Assembly: GCA_044892525.1 (NCBI GenBank)
Contig: CM097885.1
Location: 50,904,001 to 50,968,000 of the forward strand
DNA: 64,000 nt
Direction: 5' to 3'
Origin: Schmidtea polychroa
Lineage: Eukaryota
In this document: positions 24,389 to 34,443 of the stretch, piece after piece
Layout of the letters: the number at the start of each line of letters is the position of its first letter
Numbering within the stretch: position 1 is the stretch's first letter
Position numbers and translations under genes: made by a program
Notes under the pieces: model-generated
The model's input: the letters and a program-made list of their open reading frames with translations, nothing else
What the model was told of the DNA's origin: nothing
The model's database searches: none

Positions 24389-25215
24389 TAATGGAAATGG
24401 TAGATACAATTCTCCCAAGCGGAAGTGGGAAGGTAAATTACGAGTATTTGTTAACTCCAGATCATTACAAGAAAGCGACGTATAATACAATGAAAAAGAT
24501 CTGGGGAAAGTTTATGTTCATTGGACAAGCGTGTGCCGGATTGATTGGAATTTATGTAATATGTGTTTTAATCAAAGTGATAATATCGCAGGTCCTATCA
24601 ACACACAGATTATACGCGATCACAGGTTGGTCGTGGAAACTAGTAATTGGATGCATACCATTATTGGCTAGATTCTTCATTACTCATCATCAATATCAGG
24701 AGTTGGAGATACTCAAAACTCGAATATTAAAGAAGAAAAAGGTGAGCTACGCTAGTACAACCCCTTCAAGGGACGAGAACAATGACAATGACAATGAGGG
24801 TGATAGTGCACCGTTATATGTTGACAATCAAGAACTAAGTGGAATGAATAAAGAAGCGTTGAGAACTTATCAAATCTTAAAAGAGCCACTGTTAAATGCA
24901 AGTAGCGTAGACACGTTTACAAAATTGTGTATACCAAAATCATTTATGCAACCAGCACCAGTGTATCCAGTTGATCGATTACGAGAGATGAAACCAGTGG
25001 AAAATATCGCATTACAATGTGAAGGAATGGTGGGAGAGAGAATCGAGCCTTCTAGCGCAGAGATCGAGAGAAAGAATATGTTAGGCTTACCATGTAACTA
25101 CTCAATGATGACATTAACAAAAAGAGGAAAGCAACCCCGAATATTTATACAAATGAACAAACATAAAGTGGAAGCTTTGGTTGATTCGGGATCTAGTCAC
25201 ACAATAATGTATTAA
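24208..25215 (+). CDS. Polyprotein segment 3: envelope stem, TM and cytoplasmic tail, then start of the aspartic protease
   Basis: EEDIDEARRNLLFP continues segment 2 after the frameshift. TM FMFIGQACAGLIGIYVICVLIKVII, then GWSWKLVIG. Protease active site ALVDSGSSHT. Confidence 0.85.
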   Translation: MDCITRSSRSKDTGKLRIDRITISGKFYVVRKIVAKWNLLEEDIDEARRNLLFPSKKERVIMEMVDTILPSGSGKVNYEYLLTPDHYKKATYNTMKKIWGKFMFIGQACAGLIGIYVICVLIKVIISQVLSTHRLYAITGWSWKLVIGCIPLLARFFITHHQYQELEILKTRILKKKKVSYASTTPSRDENNDNDNEGDSAPLYVDNQELSGMNKEALRTYQILKEPLLNASSVDTFTKLCIPKSFMQPAPVYPVDRLREMKPVENIALQCEGMVGERIEPSSAEIERKNMLGLPCNYSMMTLTKRGKQPRIFIQMNKHKVEALVDSGSSHTIMY

Positions 25216-25229
25216 ACGCGAAGGAGAAA

Positions 25230-27047
25230 ATGCGAATAAAGCCTACCGACGAAATAGTGAGGTCATTATCAAAAAATGAATTAAACATAATTGGACAACT
25301 TAACGTCATATTCCATATTGGAGATCGAATAATAGCGCACGATGCGCTCATAATAAAGGGAAGTCCAGTACGATGTCTGATCGGCATGGATATATTAGAG
25401 CAGCTGGACGGAGTCTCACTTGATTTAAAGACAGGTAATTTGATAGCAGGAGAAACAGGAGAAATAATTCACAGGGCAGGTGAAGTGTTTGTGAATCAGA
25501 CATTGACAATACCACCACAATCGGAGATGGTATATTGTGCAAATACCATGAGTGTGGATAATGGTGATTTCATATTTGAACCAAGTCAGACACTAGTCGA
25601 AAAATATGATTTACCGATATGTGACGAAATTGTCAAAGTGGAAAATCAGATAGTACCAGTCCATATAACGAATAGCAGTAAGAAACCGGTTCAGTTACAC
25701 CCAAAAACAAAATTGGGAAAATTATCAAAAATGTCTATTGAAACGAATTGTAAAATACCAAGAAACGTCAAGGTGTATAAGGAGCCTGAAGTGGTAAGCA
25801 ATGATTTAAATGAGATGCAGAAAAAGGAATTCACAAAACTGTTGAGAAAATACCGAGATATCTTTGCCAAACACGAATATGATTTGGGTTTAACCAATGT
25901 AATTGAGCATGAAATACCGTTATTAGACGAGACTCCAATAAAAATAAAGCCATACAGAATCCCCTACGTTCATCAAGATGAAAGTGATAGACAGATTACA
26001 GCAATGAAGGAATTTGGAATAATTCGAGATAGTGCGTCACCATTCTCCTCATCAATAGTGATAGTTAAGAAAAAAGATGGAGACTTACGATTTTGCGTAG
26101 ATTATCGGAAGCTAAATCAAGTTACGAGGAAAGACACTTATCCAATTCCGGTACCCCAAGAAATGTTTGATCAAATGGGAGAGGCACGATATTTCACAGT
26201 TATTGATTTAAACAAAGGGTACAATCAATTTAGAGTAAAAGAGGAAGATAGAGGAAAGACGGCGTTCTCGGATGGCAAAGGACTGTATGAGTTCAATGTG
26301 TTACCATTTGGGTTAACAGGAGCCCCAGCTACATTCCAGCGAGGAATGAATTATGTGTTACGAGGTATTCGACATGCATTGGTATATATCGACGATATAA
26401 TAATATTTTCAAATGATTTCGAGGAACATCTGAAAGATGTAGAAACTGTATTTAAACGGCTCAAAAGTGCAAAATTAAAAATCAAACCATCGAAATGTGA
26501 ATGGGGCAAAGCAGAAGTGATTTATGTAGGACATATAATATCACGGCGAGGGTTACAAACTAATCCAGATAACATCAAAAAAGTGGAAGAGTACCCAGTA
26601 CCAAAAGATGCCGATGAGGTTAGACAATTTTTAGGTTTGGCAAGCTATTACAGAAAATTTATAAAAGATTTCTCTCATATCGCACAACCGTTGAATACGT
26701 TACTAAAGAAAAACAATAAATTTATTTGGGGACAAATGCAACAAAACGCTTTCAATACATTAAAAGAGAAATTAGTGACAACTCCTATATTAAGATGTCC
26801 AGATTTTACAAAACAATTTATCTTGATGACGGATGCAAGCAACGTTGCATTGGGCGCGGTGTTGGGACAAAATTTTGAAGGTGAAAAGGACCACGTAATA
26901 GCATACGCAAGCCGATCACTGAGGCCTCACGAGAAAAACTACTCAACGATTGAAAAGGAAACGTTAGCGTTAGTGTATGGAATTACTACTTTTAGACAAT
27001 ATTTATTGGGCAGAAAATTTACTGTTTATACAGATCATAATCCATGA
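25230..27047 (+). CDS. pol: Pol: protease C-terminal half, dUTPase-like spacer, reverse transcriptase, RNase H
   Basis: CLIGMDIL, LRFCVDYRKLN, PFGLTGAPATFQR, YIDD (26385-26396), TDAS, EKETLA, TDHNP. Premature TGA in DHNP*QWL. Confidence 0.96.
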   Translation: MRIKPTDEIVRSLSKNELNIIGQLNVIFHIGDRIIAHDALIIKGSPVRCLIGMDILEQLDGVSLDLKTGNLIAGETGEIIHRAGEVFVNQTLTIPPQSEMVYCANTMSVDNGDFIFEPSQTLVEKYDLPICDEIVKVENQIVPVHITNSSKKPVQLHPKTKLGKLSKMSIETNCKIPRNVKVYKEPEVVSNDLNEMQKKEFTKLLRKYRDIFAKHEYDLGLTNVIEHEIPLLDETPIKIKPYRIPYVHQDESDRQITAMKEFGIIRDSASPFSSSIVIVKKKDGDLRFCVDYRKLNQVTRKDTYPIPVPQEMFDQMGEARYFTVIDLNKGYNQFRVKEEDRGKTAFSDGKGLYEFNVLPFGLTGAPATFQRGMNYVLRGIRHALVYIDDIIIFSNDFEEHLKDVETVFKRLKSAKLKIKPSKCEWGKAEVIYVGHIISRRGLQTNPDNIKKVEEYPVPKDADEVRQFLGLASYYRKFIKDFSHIAQPLNTLLKKNNKFIWGQMQQNAFNTLKEKLVTTPILRCPDFTKQFILMTDASNVALGAVLGQNFEGEKDHVIAYASRSLRPHEKNYSTIEKETLALVYGITTFRQYLLGRKFTVYTDHNP

Positions 27048-27056
27048 CAGTGGTTA

Positions 27057-29132
27057 ATGAAACACAGAGATTCAGCCAGTAAATTAATACGATGGTCGAT
27101 TGCCCTCCAAGACTACGACTTTGAGATTAAATATCAGACAGGTAAAGCTAACGCGAATGCAGATGCAATGTCAAGAATCCCAGAAAATGATAGTGAAGGG
27201 ACACCTGAAAAATTGGAAGGCACTATATTCGCTGCAATCAAAGCTGTTAATGATATGTCTGAACTTCAAAATGATCAGGAAAACGATAGTGAATTAAAAC
27301 AATTTATGGAACAAGCGGTCAAAATAAGAAAAGAACAAGACTGGAAACGACTCACAGATGCAAACAGCAAATATGTAATTCATAGCGGAATACTTAAATG
27401 TTGGAAAAATGGGGAAGCATTAATTATTATACCAGCCAAGCACAGAGATGCATTACTGATGCAGTATCATGATGGAGCGTTGGGAGGTCATTTGTCAACG
27501 CGCAAGACGCTATCAAGATTAAAATTGAAATACTTTTGGCCAACAATGGAACAAGACGTGAAAAATTGGTGTAACAGTTGCAAAGTATGCATCACCCGCA
27601 GAAATACTGGTAACAAGATTAAAGTACCATTAAAACCGATGCCAGTACCTGAAGCACCGATGGAGATGACGGCAATGGATATTTTGGGACCATTACCGGA
27701 AACAACAAAAGGAAACAAATACATTGTTGTTTTTTGTGACTACTTTACCAAATGGCCAGAAGCATACGCTATTCCAAACCAAAAAGCCGACATGATTGCT
27801 AGAATATTTGTGGAAAACATAATATTTCGCTATGGTACTCCAAAGAAATTGTTAACTGATCAAGGAAAGAACTTTCAAAGCGAGATGTTCAAATCAATCA
27901 CAGACCTATTTGGAATTTGGAAATTGAATACGTCACCATATCATCCACAAACAGATGGATTAGTGGAACGATTTAATGGGAAACTGATAAATATGATCTC
28001 ATCATATGTGAATCGAAAACAGAAAGATTGGGACGACTTCATAAAGCCGTGTCTATTTGCCTACAGAAATGCAGTAAATCAAAGTACAGGAGAGACCCCT
28101 TTTTATTTGATGTATTTAAGGAAAAATAATATGCCGATTGATCTCAAATTCCAACCACCAACTTCACAATATATGGAGATACCCGATTATAAAGCATTGA
28201 TGCAAGAAAGAATGCAGTCAGTATGGACTAAAGCCGGTTTGACAATAAAGCACAACCAAGAGAAATATAAAGAATCATACGATAAAAAAGCACATGCGCA
28301 TGGCATAAAGATTGGAGATCTAGTATATCTGAACAGACCGGAACCTCTCAAAGGTTTATCGCCTAAATTGCAAAGACCATTTAAAGGACCCTACAAAGTG
28401 TGCGACACCACCGAAATCAATTTGAAGTTATTACCATTCAGGAGTAAAAAAGCTAACCCGATGATTGTGCATGCAAATCGATGTAAACTAGTGCCAGAGG
28501 AAGATGAATCTAGATACCCCTTAAGATCCAAGCAGAATAAAGTAACGGGTCAAACAAAATTGAAACAGAAATTCACGAAAAATCCAACACCAGTCAGCTA
28601 CATCAATAAGATATTATATGTAGCAATAATGCTGATGTTAGTAACAGTCGCGAGCGGCAAAAAGATTGACTTGCCATATGCGGTAAACAAAATCCGGGGA
28701 ATGGAGAAAATACATATATATTCCACCCTAACAAATATTGTGTGGAGCTGTAAATGCGAGATCGCAGACCAAATAGAAATTATTAATTTACTAGACAATA
28801 CGGCACCAGTGGTAGAACTGAATTATGATAAAGATATATTTGCGGTACGAAAGTTAAAGCCAAATTTCAAATACCAATGGCTGTTAAGACAGAACATGTC
28901 AAAGTGGTACACGCAAATTCCAATAGAAGTGCACACAAAAGAGATACGAAACTTGATCGAAATAGAGCCCGAGATAAATGGAATCAATATATTTTGGAAG
29001 CCAGTGGACTTGGTGAAAGTACGAATCACATTTCAAGGGTTAAATGTCAACACCCTTGACTCACGAAAATCATTTATCCGCTACGAGAAATTGAAAATGA
29101 ATCAAAATTATTCAGTTAATGCAAACTACTAG
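27057..29132 (+). CDS. pol: Pol: end of RNase H, integrase (HHCC, DDE, GPY/F), then signal peptide and FN3-like extension; frame stays open to 29339 past the TAG
   Basis: YHDGALGGH...CNSCKVC, MDILGP, TDQG, GLVERFN, GPYKV. Then ILYVAIMLMLVTVASG and the LKPNFKY / LKMNQNY motifs. Confidence 0.95.
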   Translation: MKHRDSASKLIRWSIALQDYDFEIKYQTGKANANADAMSRIPENDSEGTPEKLEGTIFAAIKAVNDMSELQNDQENDSELKQFMEQAVKIRKEQDWKRLTDANSKYVIHSGILKCWKNGEALIIIPAKHRDALLMQYHDGALGGHLSTRKTLSRLKLKYFWPTMEQDVKNWCNSCKVCITRRNTGNKIKVPLKPMPVPEAPMEMTAMDILGPLPETTKGNKYIVVFCDYFTKWPEAYAIPNQKADMIARIFVENIIFRYGTPKKLLTDQGKNFQSEMFKSITDLFGIWKLNTSPYHPQTDGLVERFNGKLINMISSYVNRKQKDWDDFIKPCLFAYRNAVNQSTGETPFYLMYLRKNNMPIDLKFQPPTSQYMEIPDYKALMQERMQSVWTKAGLTIKHNQEKYKESYDKKAHAHGIKIGDLVYLNRPEPLKGLSPKLQRPFKGPYKVCDTTEINLKLLPFRSKKANPMIVHANRCKLVPEEDESRYPLRSKQNKVTGQTKLKQKFTKNPTPVSYINKILYVAIMLMLVTVASGKKIDLPYAVNKIRGMEKIHIYSTLTNIVWSCKCEIADQIEIINLLDNTAPVVELNYDKDIFAVRKLKPNFKYQWLLRQNMSKWYTQIPIEVHTKEIRNLIEIEPEINGINIFWKPVDLVKVRITFQGLNVNTLDSRKSFIRYEKLKMNQNYSVNANY

Positions 29133-29523
29133 GAGAACATATGCCTCGAAAATGGAACGGTAGTGAGAAACCAATGGTCACGATTTAAGAGTGAGACCCA
29201 GTCTATCTATCTCAGAGACGAGTCAAATCGTATAACCCTGAGTGTTGGAAATGGACCGGTAACGATATATAGAAAATCAGGAAATTATGAAAGAGTTGTT
29301 ATTATCTACAAACAAAAAAACCCTGACTATATTAGATAAATTGTGATCTGCATGCTATAAATAGTGTATAAAAATATATTACATTTATATCAACAATGTG
29401 CATGTTTTATAAGTACCATAGGATGAACTGTGTAATTTGTTTAATGGGATTCGAAGCGAGGTGTTGATGCTTTGCGAATAAAGAGTGATACAAAAAAAAA
29501 TAACTATCATTTAATTTCAGAGA

Positions 29524-29769
29524 ATGCAAGAAGCCTCGGAGATGACATGCAAAGAGTGTAAAACAAATACGCAAGAACTAAAGCAAAAGTTTCGTAGCAT
29601 GCAGGGCAGAATAACAGATTTGGAGGAAGAAAACTTCCGTCTGAAAAGGCGGTTGGACCGTATGGAAATCTTATTGTTTCAACACGAAGCCGATTTCGCG
29701 ATGTTTCGAATGAGAGTAGAAGAAATAGAGGAATCGGAAGATGATGGTGAGATAAATCAATTAGACTAA
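29524..29769 (+). CDS. Small accessory coiled-coil protein of the retroelement (81 aa, CxxC, acidic tail)
   Basis: GC-richer ORF in an AT-rich context with a heptad pattern (LKQKFRSMQGRITDLEEENFRLKRRLDRME). Preceded by a TTTCAG acceptor and followed by AATAAA. Confidence 0.5.
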   Translation: MQEASEMTCKECKTNTQELKQKFRSMQGRITDLEEENFRLKRRLDRMEILLFQHEADFAMFRMRVEEIEESEDDGEINQLD

Positions 29770-30313
29770 AAAAATAAATTATTTAAACGAACCCTGTTGG
29801 TGTTTTTTTCGTCCTCGAAAAAAAAAATAATAATATAAGTCAATTAACAAATAATCAAATGAATAAACAAATTGATAAAGAAATAATTGGCAGTGATAAA
29901 TAATAGTTTAAATAAAAAAATAAGTAAATTACCAAGTAAATAATCAAATGAAAAATCAAATTGATATAAATAAATAATTAAAAAAGTGATAAATTAAATA
30001 ATTAAATAAATGAATAATAGATAAAAATGAACGAGCAAATAGAATATCTCAAATAAATGTTGCAAATAATGAAATGACGACCGTAAATGAACATTAGAAA
30101 TAAATAACATTAAATGGCTGATTAGTAATTAATGAATTAGCATAACTATATAGCAATGGGTAACCCACTGGGGCGAGAGAACAAAATTATAAATAAGTAG
30201 GGAATAATTTCACATTAGTAGTAACAAAGACTAATCACGAAGAGGGACACAATTACCCCACCCTTTATAGCATAAATTAAAAACAAAGGTATGCTGAACA
30301 TTTATTCAAAGTT

Positions 30314-30616
30314 TTATTCATCATCAGAGTCCAGCAGAACGGGACTTTGGATGCCACAGTCCCATTCCCTGCGTACATTGCAAGGCGGGCGTCTTTCAAA
30401 CCTACTGCCTGTATCCACACAGGCAAAGGTACGTTTCAATCCCTTTCGACGCGGTGGAAAAGGGACCCTGAAAAAGAAATTAAAAAACCTGTTAGTATGG
30501 CAGTCAAATAACCATTGCATAACATCGAGATGTTCAAACTTAAGTTCTGGGACAGCCTAAAATAGTAAGGGTTGAAAAGAAAAATGAAATAAATACTATG
30601 TAAAACTCCGTACCAT
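30314..30616 (-). CDS. Predicted spliced antisense accessory gene (66 aa; exons 30616-30614, 30556-30513, 30467-30314)
   Basis: GT-AG introns of 57 and 45 nt with pyrimidine tracts; CTAAC branch motif in the second. GCCATG start. AATAAA overlaps the stop. Confidence 0.45.
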
Positions 30617-31180
30617 GGCGCCCTCGACAAATAGTTAGTGCAGAGAAGCAATTGATTTTAAGAATTAATAAGTATAAATACGGCAAAAAATTTTCAGAAA
30701 AATGCAAGCGCAATCATTAGCAAATACGAGTAGCTGTAATTAGAGGTTTGCTTTTAGTATAAATACAAAATCAAAAATCAAAAATATATGACCCAAAACA
30801 TGAGTGTGGTATAGGTAGTTGCATAAACAAATTAATGAACTAAAATTAAAAAGTAAATAAGTTAATTTAATAAGCATAAATAAGTTAATTTAATAAGCAA
30901 CACGAGCACTTGCTATCACCGGGGTTTGGCTACCCTGGACAGCGATTGCAAATGTTCGGTTGCTATGAGGGAACGCATTACTAATAGTTGAGGACAGCAT
31001 GGTAAAAAGAATCACAAAAAAAATAAAAGACAAGTAATCACTTACGTCCATATTAATTGAGGGATGTCGTTACTAAAATTCAAAAAAAAATATGAAAAAG
31101 AAATAAAATATAAAATGCTTACTTGAAGATTGGCAAGACAAAACTAATGAAAAGTGGTAAAGCAGAAACTTATATAGAAC

Positions 31181-31318
31181 GCTTATCAGTACAGACTACG
31201 GTAACAAACCACAGGGTAATTAATTAGAAAGCTTATCAGTACGGCTACGTTAAGAAACCATAGGGTAATTAATTACAGAGCCTATCAGTATCGGCCACAT
31301 CAAAAACCGCAGGATAAA
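31181..31318. repeat. Three ~50-bp imperfect tandem repeats (GCTTATCAGTAC...GGGTAATTAATTA)
   Basis: Copies start at 31181, 31231 and ~31280. Confidence 0.75.
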
Positions 31319-32193
31319 CAAATATTCATATAGATATTCGGAATATTAATGTTCATCGCAGATACCTTATCAGGCGGAAGATAAAAGTGAGTAAACAAAG
31401 TGATATCATGAGTCGGTCGGTGCGGTAGGAGACTTTAACTTTTTACCAGGCTGTGAGTGAAATAAACCAATAAGTTTATTAATAACAAAAATTATTTTTT
31501 TAAATCATAATATTAGTAATAATAGTAATAAATAAATTACCTTGCAACTGGGAAATAAATTAGACAAATATTTTGCACGTAATCAATGGTTTATCAAATA
31601 AAAGCCCCAGAAATATTCGAATTGCTTCCAAAATTCAATATGCGCCCCTAGAAATATTTCAAACCAATCAATTCTGTTATTGTGTTGGGCTAATTTTTGT
31701 TCCCGGGTCGATAATAAAATTTGCGGTTGTGTCTGACAAGTAGAATGACTGACCAATCAGACTGAAATACATTCACCATTGGGATGAATTTTGAAGAAAA
31801 TTGACACACACCTACACGCAAGTGCACCCATTTAGAGATACACACAAAGAACCCCGATTAAGGTACAAGTACCGTGAACTACTTAATCGTAAACACACAC
31901 ACACACACAAACCATCAACTGCTCAACTCTGTTATTAACCACAATTTTATCCATATTTTTGTAAACCTTATTCATCTTGAACAATAACAACAACCACAGT
32001 AAATATCATCACACTACTAACAATGTAGAATAAGGAATTTCTCAATAAATTTTTTTTCAACGTGGAATCCTAAGGCTATGATCCAAAGTCGCCAGTCTAA
32101 TCAATTAATGAATTCGATCAGATATTATTTAAAAAATTTTATTCTCTTCTATTTCGTATATTACTAACATATAACATAAAATTGTCATGAAAA

Positions 32194-32632
32194 CCACATA
32201 ATATTTCAAAAAAAAATGATTCCAACAAAATATAATTTAATTTCAAAAAAATTATTTTGAAGCAACTAAATAACTTTTTATAATTGCAATTTTTTTTTCT
32301 AATGAATTAATTATTCAAATCAAATTTTATTTTTCATCTCCACATAATATTTCAAAAAGAAAAAATGATTCCAACAAAATATAATTTAATTTCAAAAAAT
32401 TATTTTGAAACAACTAAATAACTTTTTACGATTGCAATTTTTTTTCTAATGAATTAATTATTCAAATCAAATTTTATTTTTCATCTCCACATAATATTTC
32501 AAAAAGAAAAAATGATTCCAACAAAATATAATTTAATCTCAAAAAATTATTTTGAAACAACTGAATAACTTTTTATGATTGCAAATTTTTTCTAATGAAT
32601 TAATTATTCAAATCAAATTTTATTTTTCATCT
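32194..32632. repeat. Three ~147-bp tandem repeats in the element's 3' region
   Basis: Units start at 32194, 32340 and 32487 (CCACATAATATTTCAAAA...TTTTCATCT). Confidence 0.92.
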
Positions 32633-33003
32633 CAGAGAATTAAATTTTTTTATGAGAATTTACGTTGATAATAAAATTAAAACAACTTTTGACTTCATGT
32701 TAAAATGAACATGTAGACCACATAACCAATACACACTTTCGGAAACAATAAACTAAATGTAGGAATAATCTTTTTAATATCCTAAAATAATAATTATAAT
32801 TTTAAAATTTACTGAAAAATCAATGACCTGCAAAGTACGAATGCTCTAAGGAAAAAATAACCGATTGATTGTTTCGATCAATATCCTTCCTCTTCATTAA
32901 CCATATCATAAGCAACATTTTTAAAAAAATTTAATATTCTGAGAAAGGTTTTAACTACAATAACCTTACCAGACTGTCTTTAGTCTACTCGACCATTTGA
33001 AAG

Positions 33004-33141
33004 ATCCTGAAAATGTCTAATAATATCAGATAATATCTTTAACTGTGTTTCTGATCAGAATTAAATAACTGTATCCTGAAAATGTCTAATAATATCAGAT
33101 AATATCTTTAACTGTGTTTCTGATCAGAATTAAATAACTGT
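33004..33141. repeat. Perfect 69-bp tandem duplication
   Basis: ATCCTGAAAATGTCTAAT...AAATAACTGT occurs twice. Confidence 0.92.
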
Positions 33142-33707
33142 ACTGTCATATCTGAGGGAAATTTCAAATACATATGGGAAATGGCTCAACGAATCACACG
33201 AGGAGGATTTATTCGTGCTCACAATTTTTCATTGGAGGAAAAATTTCCCTATTCTTCACTGCATCGACAAATCGATAGGCAGGTTGGAAAACTCATTGCA
33301 GTCTGAAACATATATGGCCACACACACATACACACTCATACACACACACGCAATATATCAGAATTAGTAAATCCATTATCAGATTTATATATACACACAA
33401 ATTGGGGCTGGTCACAAAATCATTGGATTTGATTAGCGAGCCTGCACTTACCCGCTCTGATTATATATGGTAGACATTAATCAATACAGAGATATCCAAA
33501 TCATTCAACTGATCTCCACTAAACAGAATGAGATTTGGGGGTTTTTTTTCTATCTCTACACACGTCTGTCTGAGATTTTTGGTAGAGAAGCCACTATTTA
33601 CGTTTTAGGCTGAATAATTAGCCGTTCTAGACAATGGACCCGTGTACTGGGCAGCTTCTGATAATACGTTTTTTACTTAATATGAGTTCTGATTTATTAT
33701 TATTATC

Positions 33708-33768
<61 letters not shown>

Positions 33769-33854
33769 GTTTTATTATCAGGCTCAATAATCATAGTGAT
33801 TAAAACATTTCAAGAATAATAATTAAATTTTTATATTATCACTATGAATACTTG

Positions 33855-33925
<71 letters not shown>

Positions 33926-34017
33926 AGTTTTATTATCAGGTTCAATGATCATAGTGATTAAAACATTTCAAGAATAATAATTAAATTTTTATATTATCAC
34001 TATGAATACTTGGTATT

Positions 34018-34095
<78 letters not shown>

Positions 34096-34430
34096 ACCGT
34101 ATTTGTCACATATTAATATGTAATCTAATTACTACACCTAATTCCGATATAAAAAAGTTTCTTAAATCAAAAAAAAAATCTAAAAAAGTTATAGTATAGG
34201 AACACACAAACTTACCTGTGTGTAAAAATTTAATGTTTCAAAACTCAAGTTTTATTATAAAAATTGAGAAAGTGGTAGAAAAATAATTTTATATAATTAT
34301 TATTATTATTATAATTATAACCGTATTTGTCACATATTAATATTTGGGGAGATGAACTCTAGAAAACACAAATTAATATTCAACAAAACTTTCCATTAAA
34401 ACACAAATTTCGAGGACGAAAAAATTTTTT

Positions 34431-34441
34431 AAGGGGGGAGA
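34431..34441 (+). promoter_or_regulatory. Polypurine tract
   Basis: AAGGGGGGAGA immediately upstream of the 3' LTR. Confidence 0.9.
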
Positions 34442-34443
34442 TA

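Noticed and set aside
19921..29059. Many short antisense or alternate-frame ORFs overlapping the polyprotein
   Set aside because: Shadow ORFs of a long coding strand, with no recognisable motifs.
31181..33141. Tandem repeats considered as a CRISPR-like array
   Set aside because: Whole units are repeated without unique spacers, there are no cas genes, and the context is eukaryotic.
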